A stretch of 54,676 nt of DNA from Candidatus Woesearchaeota archaeon (GCA_964440825.1 CAYYKU010000001.1:1-54676); one strand, 5' to 3'; numbered from the stretch's first letter, positions 1 through 8,933 are shown. The notes: a model not told the origin generated them from the sequence alone. Numbers and translations: made by a program.

Positions 1-86
1 TTTTCTTTTTTCAAAAAAAGACACCTATCTATAACTTCAAAATCATATATTTTTATAAAATTATTAAGAATTCTCAAATTATAAGG

Positions 87-560
87 TTAACTCTTCTTTT
101 TTTCAGCTAAAGTATCTAAATACAAAATAACATGCTCATAACTTTTTGTTATTCCTTTAGCTTCATGTTCTGAAACTGTCTTTTCCACTTCTTTTCTATT
201 TATTACTTTTATTTTCTTATTTTCTTTCCAATGTAAATAAAGACAAGTACCTAAGTCAACATAACTTCCAGTAGAGTTAGGATTCCAAAAAGTATGGATT
301 TGAGCAGCTCTCTCTTCTTCCTCACAATGATCCATACAAATTCTATATCCTCCAAGATCTGCTTCTTGATTAGTATCTGTAGCAGGATAATGAGCTCTAA
401 ATCCTCTTATTATCATCTCTTGTTTATATGCTTCTAAAAATTCTTTTTCTTCTGGAGTTGCCTTCCTTACAGGACACAACATATAAATTTCATCACCTTG
501 TTTAAGATCTCTAGTCATATGTAGCCAATTAACACCGCTCATTAATTTTTCTAAGGTCAT
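87..560 (-). CDS. hypothetical protein (possible nucleoside 2-deoxyribosyltransferase-like fold)
   Basis: 157-aa ORF. Segments DEIYMLCPVR and STGSYVDLGTCLYL loosely resemble the conserved N- and C-proximal segments of PF05014/DUF4406-type proteins. By eye only. Confidence 0.3.
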   Translation of the reverse strand: MTLEKLMSGVNWLHMTRDLKQGDEIYMLCPVRKATPEEKEFLEAYKQEMIIRGFRAHYPATDTNQEADLGGYRICMDHCEEEERAAQIHTFWNPNSTGSYVDLGTCLYLHWKENKKIKVINRKEVEKTVSEHEAKGITKSYEHVILYLDTLAEKKKS

Positions 561-607
561 AATTCTTTAGTATAAAAGCAATTTATAAGTTTTATTATAC
601 TTTAATA

Positions 608-3184
608 CTATTTTTCTAATTCTTCCCAAACACGTTTAATAAATTCATTTTTATCTTCAATTCTAATAAGGTCAGAGTGACTTTGTAAAATAAGATTTAT
701 AGCAAAAGGACTTATTATTTTAGTGTTTTTTACTTCAATTTTAATTTCACCTTTATTTACTTTATCTATAATTTCTTTAGTATTATTAATATCCATCAAA
801 TCTTCTAAAACTTCTCTTCTAGCTTCTTTCAAAATAGGGAATTCTTTAGTGCTCTTATTCACTGCGGCTAATAAGAAATGACTAGACATTTGTTGTTTTC
901 CAGCAGTTTTTATGTATCCTTTGTAATTTCTAAGAATCATAAGGCTCCTTGTGGCACAGTGTCTAAATCTTCTTTTCAAAACCTCTGTTTTTTCAATAGC
1001 TTCATCAAGAACTTTTTGTATATTGTCTCTTTCTAGCATTTTAAATCCTCTTAATATCTTTTCAAGTTCTAGATCTTTTCCAGCAATAAAAAATCCATTG
1101 TCATTTATTCCTATTTCAACATCTCTTTTTCTAGCAGAGGCAACAACAAAAGCACAAGCCCTCGAAAGAGCATCATTAACTCTTCTTCCAAAAAGACAAT
1201 GGAATATAATATATTTTTTCTTATCTATTTTGTATTCTTCAACTAATATTTGTTTGTCATTAGGAATTATTGAGTATTTGAATTGTTTTTCAAAATAGTT
1301 ATAAATAGTTTCGGCTATTTTGTCGTTGGAATAAACATATTCTTTAATTAACTCCTTTATTTCTTTTGGAGATTTTTTTGCTCTAAATTTATCATCTAAA
1401 ACTCTTCTAAATTTTCCAATTGAACAGGCAGTTGTAAAACTTAAAGGGAGCATCTCAGAAAACCAAGAAGGAATGGTGGGGCTTCGATCGGAAGGAATAA
1501 CATAAACTTTCATACCCTTATTATATAAAAACTGGTATTTTTTACCTCCTAAAACAAAAACATCTCCTTTTTTCATTTTTTCTAAAAATACCTCATCTAG
1601 TTTACCAATAGGTGTCCCATCTCTCAAAACAACTGTTGTAAAACTCTCATCAGGAATAGTCCCAATATTAGTCATATAAATCACTCTTGCAAGTTTGCCT
1701 CTCTTCCCAATTTCATTAGTATCTGGATTAAACCATATTTTTGAATAAAGATTTCTAACTTTAAGCTCATATTCACCTGCAAGATAAGAAATTACAGAAT
1801 AAAAGTCATTTTTATCTAAATTTCTATAGCAATAGCTTTTTTTTATTAAACTATACATCTCTTCCATTTTCCAAGTTTTATAAATAGCCATACCAAATAT
1901 TTGCTGGGCTAAAACATCCAGACAATTTTGAGGAATATATACTTCATCTATTATTTTTTCCTTTGAATTTTTTAGAATAATGGCCGATTCAATCAAATCA
2001 TCAAAGTCATTTACTATAAATTTTCCTCTTGCAGTCTCATGTAATTGGTGGCCAGCACGCCCTATTCTTTGCATTGCTCTTGAAACCGCCTTAGGACTAC
2101 CTAATAAAACGACCAAATCAATATAACCTATATCAATTCCTAGTTCTAATGATGTTGAACATACTACTACTTTTAACTTTCCTTCTCTTAATTTTTGTTC
2201 AATTTCTTGCCTATGTTCTTTTGAAAGTGAAGAATGGTGTGCACCAATATTTTCTATATAGTTTTTTGGGAATCTTTCTTTCAAATTATTGACTACTCGT
2301 TCAGTTGCAGCCCTTGTATTTGTAAAAATGAGTGTTGTTTTGTTTTTTTGTATTAAATTATCTAGCATTTCATATAATTTATGTGCTAATTGAATATTAT
2401 TTGTGTTCAAAAAGTCTTCAACGGGGCTCAAAATTTCCAAATCTACCTTTTTTATCATTTCAATATCTGCAATTAAGCAGTCTCTACCCTCTCCAACCAA
2501 GTAATGTGCTACTCTTTCTAATGGTGAGACTGTTGCAGAGAGCCCAATTCTTACAATTGGCATAATAGATATCTCTTGAAGTCTCTCAATTGTCAAATTT
2601 AAATGTGTCCCTCTTTTATTTTCAGCTAAAGAATGTATTTCATCTATTATCATAAACTCTAATCTTGCAAATTTCTCAACAAATTTAGGGGAATTAATCA
2701 TAATTGCTAAACTTTCAGGAGTAGTTACTATAATGTGGGGTGATTTTTTAGCCATTTTTGCTCTTTCTTTAGCATCTGTATCTCCTGTTCTTAGTCCGAC
2801 TATTATTTTTTGCAATTTTATACCTTTTTTTTCAGCCAAGTGTTCAATTTCTTCTAAAGGTTTTATTAAATTTACAAAAATATCATTACTTAATGCCTTA
2901 AGGGGCGAACAGTATGTTGCATAAACCCTGTCTTCTAGTTCATTTCGCTTGCTTAACATGACTAAATAGTTTAAAATTGATAAAAAAGCAGTTAATGTTT
3001 TTGTTCCGCCTGTTGGTGCAGAGATTAAAATATTTTTTCTTTCAAAAATTGGTAAAACACCATACTTCTGAGTAAGTGAAAATGAAGGAAATCGTGAAAA
3101 GAACCATTCTTTTACAAGTGGATCGAGCTTTTCAATCAATTCTTCATTTTTTCGTGCATAGGTATTTTGATACAGAACGCTCAT
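608..3184 (-). CDS. lhr: Lhr-type ATP-dependent DEAD/DEAH-box helicase (Lhr-core)
   Basis: 858 aa. Walker A APTGGTKT, motif II DEIH, motif III SAT, helicase C motif QRIGRAGH, then the long Lhr-type C-terminal (DEAD-associated) region. Confidence 0.9.
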   Translation of the reverse strand: MSVLYQNTYARKNEELIEKLDPLVKEWFFSRFPSFSLTQKYGVLPIFERKNILISAPTGGTKTLTAFLSILNYLVMLSKRNELEDRVYATYCSPLKALSNDIFVNLIKPLEEIEHLAEKKGIKLQKIIVGLRTGDTDAKERAKMAKKSPHIIVTTPESLAIMINSPKFVEKFARLEFMIIDEIHSLAENKRGTHLNLTIERLQEISIMPIVRIGLSATVSPLERVAHYLVGEGRDCLIADIEMIKKVDLEILSPVEDFLNTNNIQLAHKLYEMLDNLIQKNKTTLIFTNTRAATERVVNNLKERFPKNYIENIGAHHSSLSKEHRQEIEQKLREGKLKVVVCSTSLELGIDIGYIDLVVLLGSPKAVSRAMQRIGRAGHQLHETARGKFIVNDFDDLIESAIILKNSKEKIIDEVYIPQNCLDVLAQQIFGMAIYKTWKMEEMYSLIKKSYCYRNLDKNDFYSVISYLAGEYELKVRNLYSKIWFNPDTNEIGKRGKLARVIYMTNIGTIPDESFTTVVLRDGTPIGKLDEVFLEKMKKGDVFVLGGKKYQFLYNKGMKVYVIPSDRSPTIPSWFSEMLPLSFTTACSIGKFRRVLDDKFRAKKSPKEIKELIKEYVYSNDKIAETIYNYFEKQFKYSIIPNDKQILVEEYKIDKKKYIIFHCLFGRRVNDALSRACAFVVASARKRDVEIGINDNGFFIAGKDLELEKILRGFKMLERDNIQKVLDEAIEKTEVLKRRFRHCATRSLMILRNYKGYIKTAGKQQMSSHFLLAAVNKSTKEFPILKEARREVLEDLMDINNTKEIIDKVNKGEIKIEVKNTKIISPFAINLILQSHSDLIRIEDKNEFIKRVWEELEK

Positions 3185-3326
3185 GAGGTAAATTGTATGT
3201 GAAATTTAGATAAAACTAATTCTAATTATACTATGTTCTCTTTCCTTTTTATATTTTTCTATTTTTAAGTGTTTTATTTATCACATTTCCAAAAACTATA
3301 TAAACTCAAAACCGAATAAGTATTAC

Positions 3327-3638
3327 ATGCCTTCAATTTCTAAAGAAAAACAAGAAAAAATACAAGAACAAGTAATCTATTATCTATTTACTATATTCCC
3401 TAAACAAGTTTTTACATCAGATATTGCAAAAGAGCTTGCTAGAGATGAGGAATTTGTAAAAAAATTACTTCTTGAGCTTGAATCTAAAAATATTTTAGTT
3501 AAAATTGATAAAAATCCTCAAGGAATTAAATATGGTAGGCGGGCAAGATGGCGAATTTCTAATGAAACCTATGAAATATACAGCAAACATCAGCAAAATC
3601 AACAAAACATTTCTCAAAGAGTAGAACAAAATTTATAA
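3327..3638 (+). CDS. small winged-helix DNA-binding protein
   Basis: 103 aa. The pattern DIAKELARDEEFVKKLLLELESKNILVKIDKNPQG..RARWRISNE is typical of a wHTH (helix-turn-helix plus beta wing). Confidence 0.5.
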   Translation: MPSISKEKQEKIQEQVIYYLFTIFPKQVFTSDIAKELARDEEFVKKLLLELESKNILVKIDKNPQGIKYGRRARWRISNETYEIYSKHQQNQQNISQRVEQNL

Positions 3639-3710
3639 GTTAAATGTTCCTTACTAAAATATATCTTATAGAATAATTAATATTAAAAAGACTATTATTT
3701 TCTTCTTATT

Positions 3711-4379
3711 ATGGATCCAGTAAAAGAGGCCTTTCAAAGAATAAAAGAGGAAATGCAATCTATAAAGAATGAAATCTCTTCTCTTCGTAGTGAGGTTTAT
3801 ACCTTAAAAGAATCAATTAGTATCTCTCATAGTCCAACACAATTTAGCCCCTTTACTTCCACTCCAACAGACAAACTAGCAGATTTACCAACAGTTCCAC
3901 AGGAAATGAAGGGGTTGAAAGAACTTAGATCTTCATTTTCCACAGGAAATGAAGGGGTTCCAACAGACAAATCAACAAACAGTCAAACAAACCGACAAAC
4001 CGACTTTTTAAGCGGTTTTATGCATGAAAACAGTCAAAAACTCAATCTTGAAGACATTCAAGAAACCCTAAATACTCTCGATAATCTCAAAAAAGAACTC
4101 AGACTTAAGTTCAAACGCCTAACTCCTCAAGAAATGTTAATTTTTTCCGCAATTTATAGTCTAGAAACAAAAGGTATAGAAGAAATTACATATAAAACTC
4201 TTGCAAATAACCTTAATTTAAGCGAATCTTCAATTAGGGATTATGTTATTAAACTTACTTCAAAAGGCATCCCTATTGTCAAAAGAAGGGTAAATAACAA
4301 GCAAATTGCACTACAGATCTCCGAAAATCTTCAAAAAATTGCATCCCTATCTACAATTATTAAACTCAGAGAACTATAA
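3711..4379 (+). CDS. coiled-coil plus C-terminal wHTH DNA-binding protein
   Basis: 222 aa. N-terminal heptad-like helix (FQRIKEEMQSIKNEISSLRSEVYTLKE), a low-complexity T/S/Q/N linker, and a C-terminal LTPQEMLIFSAIY...YKTLANNLNLSESSIRDYVIKLTSKGI HTH. Confidence 0.5.
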   Translation: MDPVKEAFQRIKEEMQSIKNEISSLRSEVYTLKESISISHSPTQFSPFTSTPTDKLADLPTVPQEMKGLKELRSSFSTGNEGVPTDKSTNSQTNRQTDFLSGFMHENSQKLNLEDIQETLNTLDNLKKELRLKFKRLTPQEMLIFSAIYSLETKGIEEITYKTLANNLNLSESSIRDYVIKLTSKGIPIVKRRVNNKQIALQISENLQKIASLSTIIKLREL

Positions 4380-4636
4380 AGCCTAATTAGAATTCGGCTA
4401 ACCGATTAATTATTTTCATCTATATTTAACCAGACCCTAAATCTCCTTTATTTAGGTTTGTCCTCGGTAATTTTTTATATTTTTTTTGTTTTTTGGCCCT
4501 CTATAGCTTTAAAACTCTCTTTTTCATTAAAAATACTTATTCTTTACCTATTTTTTAATACTCTCTTTTTCAGCATTTTTCATTTTATTATAATCTTTCT
4601 TATATTCTCTCACTTTTTCCTCTAATTTTTTATTTA

Positions 4637-5242
4637 TTATGAGTTTACTCTCATTTTTTTACTTGATTTAACTCTCACTTTTTCCTTTTTGAGTATAATT
4701 TGCTTCATTTCTTCAGGAATATACACTCTTTTCTTCCCATTTGCCTCTTTTGACTCTTCAATTAACCCCTCACACTTTTGTTTTATCATATTTATCTGTC
4801 CTCTAATTGTGCTTTTGTCTTTTCCAAGAACGATCGCTAGGTCTTCATAGCTTAATTTACTATTATCTGCATTTACTAGTGCCCATACAATTCCCCTCTC
4901 CATAAGGGTTAAATTGTCTAAAATACTTGTTTGAACAGCCGTTTGAACAGTACTTTGAACATCAGAAACACTCGTTTGTTTTATCCCTAATGGTTGTTGT
5001 TGTTTAGAAATCTTAGTTCCAAACAGAGAAATAAAATCTTTTACATCATCAATTTCATTTTGTAATATAAATATTTGTTGTTTTAATTCAGAAATCTCTT
5101 CATTTTGTTGCTTATCATTACCGTCGAAATGGCTTATCCATTGGCCTACTTTGTTAAAATCTTCTTTAACTGCATCAAAAGATTTCTGAACTTCTTCTTT
5201 TTTTATTGTACTTTCATCTCTTTTTTTAAAAAATCCAAACAT
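4637..5242 (-). CDS. coiled-coil plus C-terminal wHTH DNA-binding protein (same architecture as 3711..4379)
   Basis: The track ORF runs to 5293, but I prefer the ATG at 5242 (MFGFFKKRDE...) because a TATA-like box and the palindrome lie just upstream. Coiled coil EISELKQQIFILQNEIDDVKDF, a Q/S/T linker, and HTH LTLMERGIVWALV...YEDLAIVLGKDKSTIRGQINMIKQK. Confidence 0.5.
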   Translation of the reverse strand: MFGFFKKRDESTIKKEEVQKSFDAVKEDFNKVGQWISHFDGNDKQQNEEISELKQQIFILQNEIDDVKDFISLFGTKISKQQQPLGIKQTSVSDVQSTVQTAVQTSILDNLTLMERGIVWALVNADNSKLSYEDLAIVLGKDKSTIRGQINMIKQKCEGLIEESKEANGKKRVYIPEEMKQIILKKEKVRVKSSKKMRVNS

Positions 5243-5250
5243 GTTATAGT

Positions 5251-5260
5251 TGTTTAAACA
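5251..5260. promoter_or_regulatory. TGTTTAAACA palindrome (putative operator) between a TATA-like box and the start of the 4637..5242 gene
   Basis: Perfect 10-bp palindrome. On the minus strand, TTTATAAA (5267-5274) lies upstream and the ATG at 5242 lies downstream. Confidence 0.45.
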
Positions 5261-5620
5261 GCTACCTTTATAAATCTTTCGCTTTATATTCAAAAAATCA
5301 TAAAAATAAGCTAAAAATAAGCTACTTTAGCATGTTGTTTATTTAACCAACAAGCAAGTTTATAGTCTATAATAATTAAAAAATATGTTTTAAACTAAAC
5401 AACCGGCAAAAATTTAACAAACAAGATATAAACACTTAAACAGGTACTAAAAAATGCCTTAAAATGGCTTATTTTGCCTCCTTTGTTTAAATGTCTGTTT
5501 AAGGTTGTTTACTTTTTTTTTAAACAGCAGGTGTTTGGAGTTGTTTAAACACTTTTTTTCAAGATTGCTTTTTTTGTATTTTTAAGAAAAGTTTATAAAT
5601 AAGAAGAACATCTCTTAACT

Positions 5621-5965
5621 ATGGGGTGGAAAACAAGGTTAGCAGTACCTTCTTTAGCTGCAATAGGTTATTTAGTTACTTCCTTTTTTATTAAACTTGT
5701 TCCTTGTCAGGTTTCTGCAAATATTCCCAACCCTTCTTATACTTGGAGTCTATGTACTTTGAATCCTGATAAACTTTCTATGTTTGGTGTTCAAGAATTG
5801 TATTGGGGAATTAGCACTCAATTAACAGATGCTTATTTAATTTCACTAGGTCTTGTTTTTTTAAGTGTTTTCTTATTTATTATGCCTTTCACTCGTGGTA
5901 AGCACCGTTCTTTTCCAAAATCAAAAGATAAAAAAGGTTCTGAAAGGGGGTTTGAAACATATTAA
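5621..5965 (+). CDS. membrane protein, unknown function
   Basis: 114 aa with two hydrophobic segments and a basic C-terminus. Its stop overlaps the next ATG (TAATG). Confidence 0.4.
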   Translation: MGWKTRLAVPSLAAIGYLVTSFFIKLVPCQVSANIPNPSYTWSLCTLNPDKLSMFGVQELYWGISTQLTDAYLISLGLVFLSVFLFIMPFTRGKHRSFPKSKDKKGSERGFETY

Positions 5966-6162
5966 TGGCAAAAAAAGGATTTAACTTTTCTGCATTTATT
6001 GCATGGATTGTAGGTATTTTAGTATCTCTAGCTGTTGGCTCTGGAATGATCCAAGGCATCTTAGCTGTACCTTATATACCTGGAATTATTACTGCAATAG
6101 CAGGTTGGATTGTTGTACTTGGTGCAATAATCTCAGTAATTGCTGCTCTTTTCGGCAGATAA
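5965..6162 (+). CDS. small two-TM membrane protein
   Basis: 65 aa, Gly/Ala/Ile-rich hydrophobic (FIAWIVGILVSLAVGSG...ITAIAGWIVVLGAIISVIAALFG). Start is coupled to the upstream ORF. Confidence 0.45.
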   Translation: MAKKGFNFSAFIAWIVGILVSLAVGSGMIQGILAVPYIPGIITAIAGWIVVLGAIISVIAALFGR

Positions 6163-6328
6163 ATACATACAAAATTTTTATTTATTTTTTATTTTTTATA
6201 CAAACAAACAGTCAAACAGTCGTTTTAACACATGTTTAGACTATTAAACAGGCCTTGATTTACCGTATATAAACGGTGTTTAAACAGCTGTTTTTTCTAT
6301 TTCAAGTAGTTTTATATAGTTCTTTTTC

Positions 6329-6338
6329 TGTTTAAACA
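6329..6338. promoter_or_regulatory. TGTTTAAACA palindrome (putative operator) in the promoter of the RHH gene
   Basis: TATA-like TTTTATATAG at 6311-6320, palindrome at 6329-6338, SD GGAGGT at 6355-6360, ATG at 6368. Confidence 0.45.
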
Positions 6339-6367
6339 GGTAAATCCTGAAAAGGGAGGTAAAAATT

Positions 6368-6529
6368 ATGGCAGCAACACCACCAGATGCACAAAAAAGA
6401 AAAATAGACTGGAACATAGACCGAAAAGTTTACGATGAATTTATGAAGTCGTGTAGCAACAAAGGCTACGCTCCTCAAGTCGTTGTAGAAAAAATGATGG
6501 CTAAGTTCAATCAAACAAAACAGTTTTAA
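6368..6529 (+). CDS. ribbon-helix-helix (CopG/Arc-like) small DNA-binding protein
   Basis: 53-aa ORF, below the track cutoff: MAATPPDAQKRKIDWNIDRKVYDEFMKSCSNKGYAPQVVVEKMMAKFNQTKQF. Strong SD (GGAGGT) 7 nt upstream. The pattern of a basic beta-strand (KIDWNID) followed by two helices fits RHH. Confidence 0.55.
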   Translation: MAATPPDAQKRKIDWNIDRKVYDEFMKSCSNKGYAPQVVVEKMMAKFNQTKQF

Positions 6530-6608
6530 TTCTATTTTAATTCTTTATTTTTTGTTTTTAATTATTTCCTTATATCTTTGCACTATGTTTACCTTTGGCC
6601 GCGAGTTA

Positions 6609-6708
6609 TTTGGAAGGCTTTTCATAAAGCAGACCTTAGTGCACAAAACCGCCGAAACTAAAAAGTTAGTTAAGCTGACGAATCAAAAAAGCCCCTTAGC
6701 ACGCAAAT
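6609..6708 (+). repeat. cassette leader repeat, copy 1 (long form)
   Basis: TTTGGAAGGCTTTTCATAAAGCAG + ACCTTAGTGCACAAAACCGCCGAAACTAAAAAGTTAGTTAAGCTGACGAATC + CCTTAGCACGCAAAT. Lies upstream of A1. Confidence 0.8.
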
Positions 6709-6738
6709 ATTTTTAAATAGATTTTAATTAATTAGTAT

Positions 6739-7263
6739 ATGTCACAACCAATTCCTCTTATGTTTGCAGCACCCTTTCCTCTTGCTCTATTTACTGGTGA
6801 AAAAAATAAGACTTTTAGAGTAGCAGGTAAATTTCAATTAGACTTGGGCACATGTGTTTCATTACAATTAGTTGAATCGCGTTTTGGTTTAGCAACTCCT
6901 GAATTTGCAAGAGCAGAAGTTAGTGGAGTAACTCGCAAAAGGTTTTATGATTTTACTAAACAAGATTGGGAAGGACATGAAACTTTTGAATCAGATTATG
7001 AAAGAGACCTGGTTTATTCTGACTGGAATGGTTTTCCGGTCGGTGCCGCAACATTAATGGATATCATTTCATACTCAAAATTTGAAATAACCGATCAAAG
7101 ATTAGTCGAGGAATTTTTAGAAGAATCAGCTCTTAAACAAAGCCAACCTAAGTGCACAGATGATGGCACGCAGTTTCCTTTTCCACACAAAGATCCTAAC
7201 TCGCCAAATTATAATCCTTATAAACTCGGCGGAGATAATCCTAGTCCACATATGAGATGTTAA
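6739..7263 (+). CDS. cassette protein A1: ASCH/PUA-like head plus conserved Pro/Asn-rich C-terminal tail
   Basis: 174 aa. The head resembles ASCH domains by eye (PLALFTGEKNKTFRV...LGTCVSLQL...ARAEVSGVTRKRFYDFTKQDWEGHE). The tail QSQPKCTDDGTQFPFPHKDPNSPNYNPYKLGGDNPSP is shared with A2. Confidence 0.6.
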   Translation: MSQPIPLMFAAPFPLALFTGEKNKTFRVAGKFQLDLGTCVSLQLVESRFGLATPEFARAEVSGVTRKRFYDFTKQDWEGHETFESDYERDLVYSDWNGFPVGAATLMDIISYSKFEITDQRLVEEFLEESALKQSQPKCTDDGTQFPFPHKDPNSPNYNPYKLGGDNPSPHMRC

Positions 7264-7264
7264 A

Positions 7265-7633
7265 ATGACTTCTCAAACACCTCAAAGCTATTTTTGTGAA
7301 TGGTTAGGTTATAAAATTTCAGGAGTTGCAGCAAGAAATTGTAATTATTGTAATCTTGAAACTTATATGTGCAGTCATTCAGGTGAACCTTGTGTTGCAA
7401 AAGAAGGTTTGGAGCAGTTTGCACAATCACTATCAAGTGGGTTTAATCAAGAAAGATTCCAACAACTAGACTTTTTAGAACAGTTGTTTAAACAACAGGA
7501 GGGCCTTGTTCAAGAACAAAGTAAACCTAAACTAACTACTAGTTATTTTTTACAAGAGGCAGCTAAACTGGAAACTGTAAAACGTAAAAAAATATACAAA
7601 GAAATTGCAGATATGGCAAAACACTTAAAATAA
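7265..7633 (+). CDS. cassette protein B1: small 5-Cys (C-x15-C-x2-C-x6-C-x6-C) protein
   Basis: 122 aa. Starts 1 nt after the A1 stop. Core AARNCNYCNLETYMCSHSGEPCV and basic C-terminal helix KRKKIYKEIADMAKHLK are shared with B2. Confidence 0.6.
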   Translation: MTSQTPQSYFCEWLGYKISGVAARNCNYCNLETYMCSHSGEPCVAKEGLEQFAQSLSSGFNQERFQQLDFLEQLFKQQEGLVQEQSKPKLTTSYFLQEAAKLETVKRKKIYKEIADMAKHLK

Positions 7634-7675
7634 TTTTTAAAAATAGACTTTACTTATTCTCCAGATACTAAGATC

Positions 7676-7754
7676 ACCTTAGTGCATAAAACCGCCGAAA
7701 CTAAAAAATAGATTAAGCTGTCGAGTCTCCAAATAACTCTTTCAGCATACAAAA
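7676..7754 (+). repeat. cassette leader repeat, copy 2
   Basis: ACCTTAGTGCATAAAACCGCCGAAACTAAAAAATAGATTAAGCTGTCGAGTC...CTTTCAGCATACAAAA. Lies upstream of A2. Confidence 0.8.
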
Positions 7755-7784
7755 ACTTAAAAACAAATTAACTATAAGTTTTAA

Positions 7785-8255
7785 ATGAAAGACGCAGAAG
7801 GTAAAGAAATTATATCTAACAAGTTATATAGAAATTTTGGAGCAACTACCTTGGACTTCAATTCTGCATATTCTAAGATTTACTTCGTAAAACAATTATC
7901 TTCAGGTCTTGTAGTTGCAAAAGATGAAAAAGGAGTATCTCGAAGAGTTTGGTCTCATGAGGAAATTTCAGAGATGTATGAAAAAGAACTAGACGTATGT
8001 ATGAAGAAAGTAAGGGCTAGTGAGCTCTATCTATGCAATAATATTGACATTTTAATTATGCAAGAAAACCTAGAAAGATCACGAAAGAGAACTCCTGGAT
8101 TAATTTCTTTATTAAATAACTCTGCCCAAAGCCAACCTAAGTGCACAATACCTAAAGAAATGCAATTTCCTTTCCCGCACGAAGATTCTAACTCGCCAGG
8201 GTATAATCCTTTCAAAAGAGGCGGAGATAATCCGAATCCTCTTAAAAAATATTAA
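7785..8255 (+). CDS. cassette protein A2: unrelated head plus the same conserved tail
   Basis: 156 aa. The head has no similarity to A1 that I can see. The tail AQSQPKCTIPKEMQFPFPHEDSNSPGYNPFKRGGDNPNP matches A1. Confidence 0.6.
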   Translation: MKDAEGKEIISNKLYRNFGATTLDFNSAYSKIYFVKQLSSGLVVAKDEKGVSRRVWSHEEISEMYEKELDVCMKKVRASELYLCNNIDILIMQENLERSRKRTPGLISLLNNSAQSQPKCTIPKEMQFPFPHEDSNSPGYNPFKRGGDNPNPLKKY

Positions 8256-8259
8256 AACG

Positions 8260-8550
8260 ATGACTCCTACAACATCTCAAAAATTTATATATTGCCCATA
8301 CACAGGTATAAGGCTCTCCGCAGTTGCCGCAAGAAATTGTAATTATTGTAATCTTGAAACTTATATGTGTAGTCATTCAGGCGAGTTCTGTGTTGTAAAA
8401 GAAGGTTTAGAGGAGTTTGCACAATCTCTTACAGAAAATCTACCAGTTAAAGCACTAGAAGTCTTTCAAAAAATAAGAGAAGATCTAGAGCTAGAAAAAC
8501 GTAAAAAAATTTACAAAGAAATTGCTAAAATGGCAGATCATCTAAAATAA
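8260..8550 (+). CDS. cassette protein B2: small 5-Cys protein (paralog of B1)
   Basis: 96 aa. AARNCNYCNLETYMCSHSGEFCV and KRKKIYKEIAKMADHLK. About 90% nucleotide identity to B1 across the Cys core, by eye. Confidence 0.6.
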   Translation: MTPTTSQKFIYCPYTGIRLSAVAARNCNYCNLETYMCSHSGEFCVVKEGLEEFAQSLTENLPVKALEVFQKIREDLELEKRKKIYKEIAKMADHLK

Positions 8551-8573
8551 TTCCTAAATTATTTACTTTGCTT

Positions 8574-8625
8574 ACCTTAGTGCATAAAACCGCCGAAACC
8601 AAAAGACAGGTTAAGCGGTCGAGTC
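8574..8625 (+). repeat. cassette leader repeat, copy 3 (no intact cassette follows)
   Basis: ACCTTAGTGCATAAAACCGCCGAAACCAAAAGACAGGTTAAGCGGTCGAGTC. Confidence 0.8.
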
Positions 8626-8892
8626 CAAAAACTGTTGAGAGATCTTATTTTATTTTCAAAAATCTCAAAAAACAGCAAAAAATCTGTCAAAAACACCTTA
8701 AATTCCCTTTATGGTTCGTACAAGATACATTGTAGTGACTCAGAAAATCTCTCAAAATCAGTGTTTTTTGTTCAATTTCACAAAACCATATATAAATCTT
8801 TAGCCAAAAATAAAAACGCTCCCTAAACGTCCAGATTCAAAAAATTTAATTTATGTATGATGTTCACTTTTAAACGGAGCAAAGTGAGGTTT

Positions 8893-8933
8893 TTTGGAAG
8901 GCTTTTAATAAAGCCGACCTTAGTGCATAAACC
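8893..8933 (+). repeat. cassette leader repeat, copy 4 (long-form 5' part, truncated core)
   Basis: TTTGGAAGGCTTTTAATAAAGCCG + ACCTTAGTGCATAAACC. A TGTTTAAACA palindrome follows at 8942-8951. Confidence 0.7.

Noticed and set aside
951-2924. ORFs 951..1298, 2332..2565 and 2733..2924 on the plus strand
   Set aside because: They are antisense to the strongly supported Lhr helicase gene. They are low-complexity, Leu/Ser/Phe-rich translations typical of the reverse frame of an AT-rich gene.
5294-5620. The repeat-dense 327-nt intergenic region as a replication origin
   Set aside because: There is no adjacent orc1/cdc6 and no recognisable ORB-type elements. The repeats are the same palindrome found in nearby promoters, which points to transcription-factor sites. 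An element-type (plasmid or viral) origin cannot be excluded from sequence alone.
6003-6514. ORFs 6003..6239 (plus) and 6332..6514 (minus)
   Set aside because: The first is an alternative frame of the 65-aa membrane-protein gene that runs into the intergenic region. The second is antisense to the SD-preceded RHH ORF at 6368..6529 and is Cys/Phe-rich nonsense.
8635-8826. 63-aa ORF with a TTG start after leader copy 3
   Set aside because: Its composition is low-complexity and Lys/Ser-rich, with no SD or ATG. It is more likely non-coding remains of a decayed cassette.
6609-8933. The four ~50-100-nt repeats as a CRISPR array, or as integron attC sites served by the nearby tyrosine recombinase
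   Set aside because: The spacing is ~1 kb, and the intervals are protein-coding genes, not spacers. The repeat homology runs on toward the start codons, so the repeats behave like duplicated promoter/leader regions placed 5' of each cassette rather than 3' attC sites. I could find no attC-like imperfect palindrome. The recombinase looks like housekeeping XerA and lies 1.3 kb away behind unrelated genes. I cannot fully exclude recombination at these repeats.
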